Part shown: one piece after another, positions 62,701-64,000 of the stretch
How positions within the stretch are numbered: the first letter of the stretch is position 1
Layout of the letters: each line of letters opens with the position of its first letter
Assembly: GCA_951406725.2 (NCBI GenBank)
Contig: OX597814.1
Span: 165,726,001-165,790,000, forward strand
DNA length: 64,000 nt
Direction of reading: 5' to 3'
Source: Octopus vulgaris
Taxonomy: Eukaryota
The notes under the pieces: model-generated
What the model was told of the DNA's origin: nothing
The model's input: only the letters and a program-made list of their open reading frames with translations
Database searches by the model: none
Translations under genes and position numbers: made by a program

Positions 62701-63861
62701 TTTTACGTGCCACTGGCGCAGGTGCCAGGGGAGGCTGGCAATGGCCACAATCGGTTGGTGCTTTTGGTGCTAATGGCCTTCAAGCTAAACCTTCCTCATT
62801 TTTTTCATTTGCTTTTTGTTTCACCTTTTTTTTATCATTATCTCTGTTTTTCCCTCTGTCACAGTATTACTTCTAGTTTGATTTTGATATCTTCACTATT
62901 CTATCATAACAATTTATTTAGTTTCACCCCTGTTACATCATTACCACTGTACCCCACACCCAACTTATTATTACCTCTAGTTCTCCTCTATCACAAATGT
63001 AGATCTGACTTGCCCTCATTACACCATTACCTCTGGTGTAAATTACTCCTTCATATCTGTAAACTCTTTACTCTCTCTTTTACTCTTTTACTTGTTTCAT
63101 TCATTTGACAGTGGCCATGCTGGAGCACCGTCTTTAGTCAAGCAAATTGACCCCAGGACTTATTCTTTCTAAGCCTAGTACTTATTCTAGTGGTCTCTTG
63201 ATGTAAACACACCAGCATCGGTTGTCAAGCAATGTTGGGGGGACAAACACAGGCACACAAACATATACACACACATACATATATATATATCATCATCATA
63301 TATTTATATATATATATATATATATATATACGACAGACTTCTTTCAGTTTCCATCTACCAAATCCACTCACAAGGCTTTGGTCAGCCCGATGCTATAGTA
63401 GAAGACACTTGCCCAAGGTGCCATGCAGTGGGACTGAACCCGAAACCATGTGGTTGGTAAGCAAGCTACTTACCACACAGCCACTCCTATGCCTGTATCC
63501 TTCATATTTTCAAGCTCTTTCACAGTGTTCTTTCATATCTTTGAGCTCTGCTATGTACCTGCCTGCCTATCATCACCATAATAACCACCATCATCATTGC
63601 AACTAACATCACTGCTCACCCCATCATCATCATCACCACCACTATCATCCACACAACTACTATAACTGTTTCTTATTCACCAGATGATCCCAGCTATACA
63701 AAAGTTCATTCAACAGAGGATGGGTCAGGCTTACATTGAACCAACCACATTTGATCTGTCAATCAGCTACGAAGAGTCCAGCCCACAGACCCCACTCATA
63801 TTTATACTGTCCCCTGGAGTGGACCCTATGGCAGCACTCTTCAGATTTGCTGAAGACAAAG
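2110..63861 (+). CDS. DNAH3: Axonemal inner-arm dynein heavy chain (DNAH3-like), internal 30 exons, partial at both ends
   Basis: 30 exons join in frame with matching phases. Motifs: AAA3 P-loop [28 protein letters not shown]4 [33 protein letters not shown], stalk/MTBD ([19 protein letters not shown]), AAA5 [23 protein letters not shown]6 [16 protein letters not shown]3 rather than DNAH7/12 is assigned from remembered similarity, not a search. Confidence 0.9.
2974..3489. mobile_element. ~515-bp MITE (Tc1/mariner superfamily, pogo/Tigger-like)
   Basis: TIR ta-ccgtaaatcctc(a/g)agt and tactcgaggatttatgg-ta. Confidence 0.8.
4240..4389 (+). CDS. DNAH3: Dynein HC exon 2 (AAA3 Walker B)
   Basis: gag| [43 protein letters not shown] |gtatga; the acceptor could alternatively be 4243. 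Confidence 0.88.
4806..5555 (+). mobile_element. 5'-truncated RTE LINE (ORF end + 3' UTR)
   Basis: [27 protein letters not shown] matches the end of ORF 55742-56881; shared UTR and (GAT)n tail. Confidence 0.88.
5600..5816 (+). CDS. DNAH3: Dynein HC exon 3
   Basis: cag| [27 protein letters not shown] |gtgagt. Confidence 0.92.
5920..6217 (-). mobile_element. tRNA-derived SINE with Meta-like 3' region and 15-bp TSD
   Basis: A/B-box head (tggcctagtggttagagc..gggttgaaatc); TSD agagaatataattgt at 5905-5919 and 6218-6232. Confidence 0.85.
7010..7775. repeat. (TG/TATG)n tract followed by a ~440-bp CT-rich polypyrimidine tract
   Basis: Direct reading; source of the spurious CVCV/SLSL ORFs. Confidence 0.9.
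7904..8017 (+). CDS. DNAH3: Dynein HC exon 4
   Basis: cag| [38 protein letters not shown] |gtgaga; too short for the ORF track. Confidence 0.93.
8148..8777. mobile_element. hAT-like MITE containing a (TA)n-flanked ~270-bp insertion
   Basis: Ends caacatttctcaacc and gattgagaaacactg. Confidence 0.55.
9581..9812 (+). mobile_element. Family A SINE
   Basis: Same head, core and tail as 27796-28019; further copies at ~12760-13130, 22597-22780 and 25970-26190. Confidence 0.85.
10390..10660 (+). mobile_element. RTE 3' end fragment
   Basis: aagcacccactacactc..aggaagggcatccagctgtagaaac..ccatgctagcatgg; tail reads (GGT)n. Confidence 0.85.
11147..11296 (+). CDS. DNAH3: Dynein HC exon 5
   Basis: cag| [30 protein letters not shown] |gtaaag. 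Confidence 0.92.
11981..12660 (-). mobile_element. 5'-truncated R4/Dong-like non-LTR retrotransposon, second subfamily
   Basis: [46 protein letters not shown]; (ATT)n on both sides. Confidence 0.82.
13180..13930. repeat. Degenerate ~21-bp minisatellite (aaacatttctaagcattccct-like)
   Basis: Recurrent tttctaagcat at ~21-bp spacing; interrupted by the MITE at 13599-13825. Confidence 0.75.
13599..13825. mobile_element. piggyBac-like MITE inserted into a minisatellite
   Basis: ttaa-ccctttcgttac..gtaatgaaaggg-taa. Confidence 0.68.
14150..14329 (+). CDS. DNAH3: Dynein HC exon 6
   Basis: cag| [29 protein letters not shown] |gtaagt. Confidence 0.9.
14357..14678. repeat. CAT/CAC triplet array with 15-bp higher-order unit (cgccaccatcatcat)
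   Basis: Direct reading; fills most of the short intron between exons 6 and 7. Confidence 0.92.
14758..14896 (+). CDS. DNAH3: Dynein HC exon 7
   Basis: aag| [40 protein letters not shown] |gtgagt, phase 1. Confidence 0.9.
15802..15992 (+). CDS. DNAH3: Dynein HC exon 8 (AAA4 P-loop)
   Basis: tag| [26 protein letters not shown] |gtaagc. Confidence 0.93.
16165..16535 (-). mobile_element. RTE 3' end fragment
   Basis: Shared RTE tail and three diverged UTR units. Confidence 0.85.
16862..17160. repeat. Foldback (inverted duplication) of an interspersed repeat
   Basis: ctgttgtgtctggggagagt arm mirrored at 17005-17098; single-arm copy at 6849-6985. Confidence 0.85.
18890..19290 (-). mobile_element. 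RTE 3' end fragment
   Basis: (CAT)n, then ttaacgtcc..ccatgctagcat, plus diverged UTR units. Confidence 0.85.
19461..19556 (+). CDS. DNAH3: Dynein HC exon 9
   Basis: cag| [32 protein letters not shown] |gtaaga. Confidence 0.93.
20460..20651 (+). CDS. DNAH3: Dynein HC exon 10
   Basis: tag| [39 protein letters not shown] |gtaatt. Confidence 0.93.
20744..21285 (-). mobile_element. RTE 3' UTR fragment
   Basis: Shared tail, about 5 diverged units and the ttttga tract. Confidence 0.85.
21496..22597 (+). mobile_element. Decayed Tc1/mariner-superfamily transposon (maT/DD37D-like)
   Basis: HTH ORF 21572-22000 ([15 protein letters not shown]), [26 protein letters not shown]; frameshifted. Confidence 0.78.
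22881..23014 (+). CDS. DNAH3: Dynein HC exon 11
   Basis: cag| [29 protein letters not shown] |gtaagt, phase 2. Confidence 0.92.
23427..23830 (+). mobile_element. tRNA-derived SINE family B (accttgggcaagt core, internal TA/TG microsatellite)
   Basis: Head ggcacaggagtggctgtgtggtaag..gggttcagtccc. Copies at 29239-29640 and 50786-51197 (+); 26955-27349, 46880-47368 and 63064-63493 (-). Confidence 0.85.
24412..24574 (+). CDS. DNAH3: Dynein HC exon 12
   Basis: tag| [38 protein letters not shown] |gtttgg. Confidence 0.92.
26265..26447 (+). CDS. DNAH3: Dynein HC exon 13 (stalk coiled coil 1)
   Basis: tag| [20 protein letters not shown] |gttaga. Confidence 0.92.
27557..27715 (+). CDS. DNAH3: Dynein HC exon 14 (CC1/MTBD)
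   Basis: cag| [40 protein letters not shown] |gtaata. Confidence 0.92.
27796..28019 (+). mobile_element. tRNA-derived Deu/Nin-like SINE (family A) with 16-bp TSD
   Basis: Core gtcgacttggcctttcatcctttcggggtcgataaattaagtaccag; TSD ggtattagccagttca at 27780-27795 and 28020-28035. Confidence 0.85.
28479..28550 (+). CDS. DNAH3: Dynein HC exon 15 (MTBD flap region)
   Basis: tag| [24 protein letters not shown] |gtcagt. Confidence 0.92.
28789..28989 (+). CDS. DNAH3: Dynein HC exon 16 (MTBD)
   Basis: cag| [43 protein letters not shown] |gtcagt. Confidence 0.93.
29100..29749 (+). mobile_element. Mariner-derived MITE interrupted by a family B SINE
   Basis: TIRs tattgggttgtcagttaaatttgtt and aacaaatttatctgacaacccaata. 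Confidence 0.72.
29926..30636 (-). mobile_element. Internally deleted mariner
   Basis: [23 protein letters not shown]; TIRs tattgggccatcccataa and ttatgggatgacccaata. Confidence 0.8.
31840..31995 (+). CDS. DNAH3: Dynein HC exon 17 (stalk coiled coil 2)
   Basis: tag| [19 protein letters not shown] |gtaaga. Confidence 0.91.
32361..32592 (-). mobile_element. Family A SINE with 16-bp TSD
   Basis: TSD ttcagcatatagtata at 32345-32360 and 32593-32608; other minus-strand copies at 18333-18465 (TSD ggacaacatcaataat) and 46510-46732. Confidence 0.85.
33833..33928 (+). CDS. DNAH3: Dynein HC exon 18
   Basis: aag| [32 protein letters not shown] |gtagaa. Confidence 0.9.
34280..34520 (+). mobile_element. 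tRNA-derived Meta-like SINE (older copy at ~37410-37625)
   Basis: tRNA head, then ttgagcaaaacgcttcatttcac..ctgcgatggactggcgtcccatccag..gaaaccggg. Confidence 0.78.
35260..35311 (-). ncRNA. Minimal type I hammerhead ribozyme motif (Penelope-like)
   Basis: gucu-CCGAUGA-agggauauu..aauauccua-GAAAC-AGCU-GUA-agac; one core deviation (CCGA instead of CUGA). Confidence 0.62.
35360..36066 (+). mobile_element. 5'-truncated RTE LINE 3' UTR copy with 62-bp tandem array
   Basis: Reverse complement of 54981-55650; caccatcc recurs at 35516, 35580, 35642, 35704, 35766, 35828; (GAT)n tail; (TA)n on both sides. Confidence 0.9.
36978..37082 (+). CDS. DNAH3: Dynein HC exon 19
   Basis: cag| [35 protein letters not shown] |gtaaga. 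Confidence 0.93.
37660..38100 (-). mobile_element. Two old copies of an abundant interspersed repeat (core atttggctgctatttctagcagg, (AAC)n tail)
   Basis: Same core at ~2790, 19640 (opposite strand), 25030, 37390, 41960, 46250, 60760 and 61955. Confidence 0.6.
38151..38720 (+). mobile_element. Internally deleted mariner
   Basis: TIRs tattgggttgtccggaaagtt and aactttcctgacaacccaata; [25 protein letters not shown]. Confidence 0.85.
38851..38984 (+). CDS. DNAH3: Dynein HC exon 20
   Basis: cag| [30 protein letters not shown] |gtaact, phase 2. Confidence 0.93.
39006..39664 (+). mobile_element. Family B-headed SINE with RTE-like 3' tail; family A SINE nested at ~39172-39395
   Basis: Head and core as family B; tail ggttggtgacaggaaaggcatc..gacccatacaagcagggaaa..gatgat resembles the RTE 3' end. 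Confidence 0.7.
40726..40897 (+). CDS. DNAH3: Dynein HC exon 21 (AAA5)
   Basis: cag| [40 protein letters not shown] |gtaaac. Confidence 0.93.
41370..41635. repeat. Degenerate ~20-bp minisatellite (tagttagtaacagaaagtac-like)
   Basis: Recurrent agaaagtac/agaaacta at ~20-bp spacing. Confidence 0.7.
42355..43224 (-). mobile_element. Mariner derivative with long (~250 bp) inverted arms
   Basis: ggtctgatcaataagtatccagactgtt and its reverse complement at the ends; N-terminal HTH remnants ([21 protein letters not shown]). Confidence 0.82.
43408..43494 (+). CDS. DNAH3: Dynein HC exon 22
   Basis: tag| [29 protein letters not shown] |gtaaat. Confidence 0.93.
44477..44960 (+). mobile_element. hAT (Charlie/Buster, ZBED-like) transposase fragment
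   Basis: [40 protein letters not shown] across frameshifts. Confidence 0.78.
45380..45892. mobile_element. Same MITE family, opposite orientation to 2974-3489
   Basis: TIRs tactgtaaatcctcaagtata and tatactcgaggatttacggta; interior collinear. Confidence 0.8.
45956..46072 (+). CDS. DNAH3: Dynein HC exon 23
   Basis: cag| [39 protein letters not shown] |gtaatc. Confidence 0.93.
47484..47669 (+). CDS. DNAH3: Dynein HC exon 24
   Basis: cag| [50 protein letters not shown] |gtataa. Confidence 0.93.
48229..49015. mobile_element. Non-autonomous DNA element hosting a foldback insertion; second copy reversed at ~33129-33551
   Basis: Ends cagggctggattaa and ttaatccagtactg; interior shared with 33129-33551. 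Confidence 0.6.
48530..48882. repeat. Foldback of the same repeat family
   Basis: Arms 48587-48715 and ~48740-48882 are inverted, with an inner mini-palindrome. Confidence 0.85.
49528..50042. mobile_element. Same MITE family, third copy
   Basis: TIRs taccataaatcctcgagtata and tatactcgaggatttatgg. Confidence 0.8.
50459..50596 (+). CDS. DNAH3: Dynein HC exon 25 (buttress/strut)
   Basis: aag| [27 protein letters not shown] |gtataa. Confidence 0.92.
51570..52002. mobile_element. Inverted pair of Penelope-like pLTR fragments with decayed hammerhead motifs
   Basis: + copy CTGAAGA..TAAAC-AGCT-GTA (51572-51634); - copy TTGAAGA..GAAAC-AGCT-GTA (51945-52002); arms 51606-51670 and 51914-51988 are inverted. 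Confidence 0.55.
52434..52538 (+). CDS. DNAH3: Dynein HC exon 26
   Basis: cag| [35 protein letters not shown] |gttagt. Confidence 0.93.
52800..52960 (+). CDS. DNAH3: Dynein HC exon 27
   Basis: cag| [30 protein letters not shown] |gtaagt, phase 2. Confidence 0.93.
53056..53284. mobile_element. piggyBac-like MITE (TTAA ends)
   Basis: ttaa-ccctttggtgtt..aacactaaaggg-ttaa. Confidence 0.75.
53795..54180 (+). mobile_element. RTE 3' end fragment
   Basis: Shared UTR units and (GAT)n tail. Confidence 0.85.
54247..54338 (-). ncRNA. Minimal type I hammerhead ribozyme motif (Penelope-like)
   Basis: ucc-CUGAAGA-cggaggcuc..gagcccccca-GAAAC-AGCU-GUU-gga. Confidence 0.65.
54691..54980 (-). mobile_element. 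Family B SINE, 3' half (split by the RTE LINE)
   Basis: Collinear with the 3' half of the intact copy 63064-63493 up to the internal (TA)n. Confidence 0.85.
55150..55570 (-). repeat. Tandem ~63-bp array (about 7 units) in the RTE 3' UTR
   Basis: gccaccgacacagg recurs at 55161, 55224, 55287, 55350, 55426, with diverged units near 55489 and 55555. Confidence 0.9.
55742..58850 (-). pseudogene. RTE LINE ORF (APE endonuclease + reverse transcriptase) with two lesions
   Basis: APE motifs GTLNV, IQEVRW, GDFNGH, QIDY; RT motifs [40 protein letters not shown]; C-terminal [15 protein letters not shown]. In-frame TAA at 58413-58415 and a frameshift near 56881. Confidence 0.92.
59352..59532 (-). mobile_element. 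Family B SINE, 5' half (split by the RTE LINE)
   Basis: (TA)n then cgacgggcttctttcag..acacagccactcctacgcc, the head half of family B. Confidence 0.85.
59831..60002 (+). CDS. DNAH3: Dynein HC exon 28
   Basis: cag| [42 protein letters not shown] |gtaagt. Confidence 0.93.
60120..60712 (+). mobile_element. CR1-like LINE 3' fragment
   Basis: Translates as [40 protein letters not shown]; (ATT)n tail. Confidence 0.75.
61481..61879 (+). mobile_element. Dimeric family A SINE inside one TSD
   Basis: Head, core, tail 1, core, tail 2; TSD aatatatcagggacta at 61465-61480 and 61880-61895. Confidence 0.82.
62254..62379 (+). CDS. DNAH3: Dynein HC exon 29
   Basis: cag| [25 protein letters not shown] |gtagac. 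Confidence 0.93.
62392..62768 (-). mobile_element. RTE 3' end fragment, 12 nt downstream of the exon 29 donor
   Basis: (CAT)n then cgtttaacgtc..ccatgctagcatgg and UTR units. Confidence 0.85.
63684..63861 (+). CDS. DNAH3: Dynein HC exon 30 (start of AAA6)
   Basis: cag| [33 protein letters not shown] |gtaggt, phase 1; gene continues beyond the window. Confidence 0.93.
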
Positions 63862-64000
63862 GTAGGTTTCTTTCTGTGTTAGTTTTGTGAGTCAGTGATG
63901 TCTACCATCATCAGCAATATTGTTATTATTGTCGTTGTCACCATCATCATCATCATCATCATCATTACCATCATCATCATTACTTCTGGTAAAGAGCTTC

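Noticed and set aside
62380-63108. 287-aa ORF extending exon 29
   Set aside because: Dynein similarity stops at the GT donor at 62380; the rest is an antisense RTE tail and low-complexity intron.
2110-63861. U12-type or GC-AG introns in the dynein gene
   Set aside because: All 29 traced introns are GT-AG and none has the GTATCCTT minor-class donor.

Overview
AT-rich, microsatellite-dense animal genomic DNA. The repeat content suggests a coleoid cephalopod (Octopus); this is inference. The whole window lies inside one + strand axonemal inner-arm dynein heavy chain gene, closest to DNAH3 as I recall the family. I traced 30 consecutive GT-AG exons (2110-63861, about 4.5 kb, about 1,500 codons) that splice in frame from AAA3 through AAA4, the stalk/MTBD and AAA5 into AAA6. 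Both gene ends lie outside the window. The introns hold tRNA-derived SINEs, mariner, maT, pogo-like, hAT and piggyBac-like DNA elements, R4/Dong-like and CR1 fragments, Penelope-like pieces with minimal hammerhead motifs, and a near full-length antisense RTE LINE (54981-59351). That LINE is the most unusual object here. It has a C4HC3 PHD-type finger spliced into the RT domain, a 3' UTR built from tandem ~62-nt hairpin plus putative H-type pseudoknot units, YY1/ETS-like motifs in the 5' UTR, and an apparent preference for (TA)n targets. All alignments and folds were done by eye.
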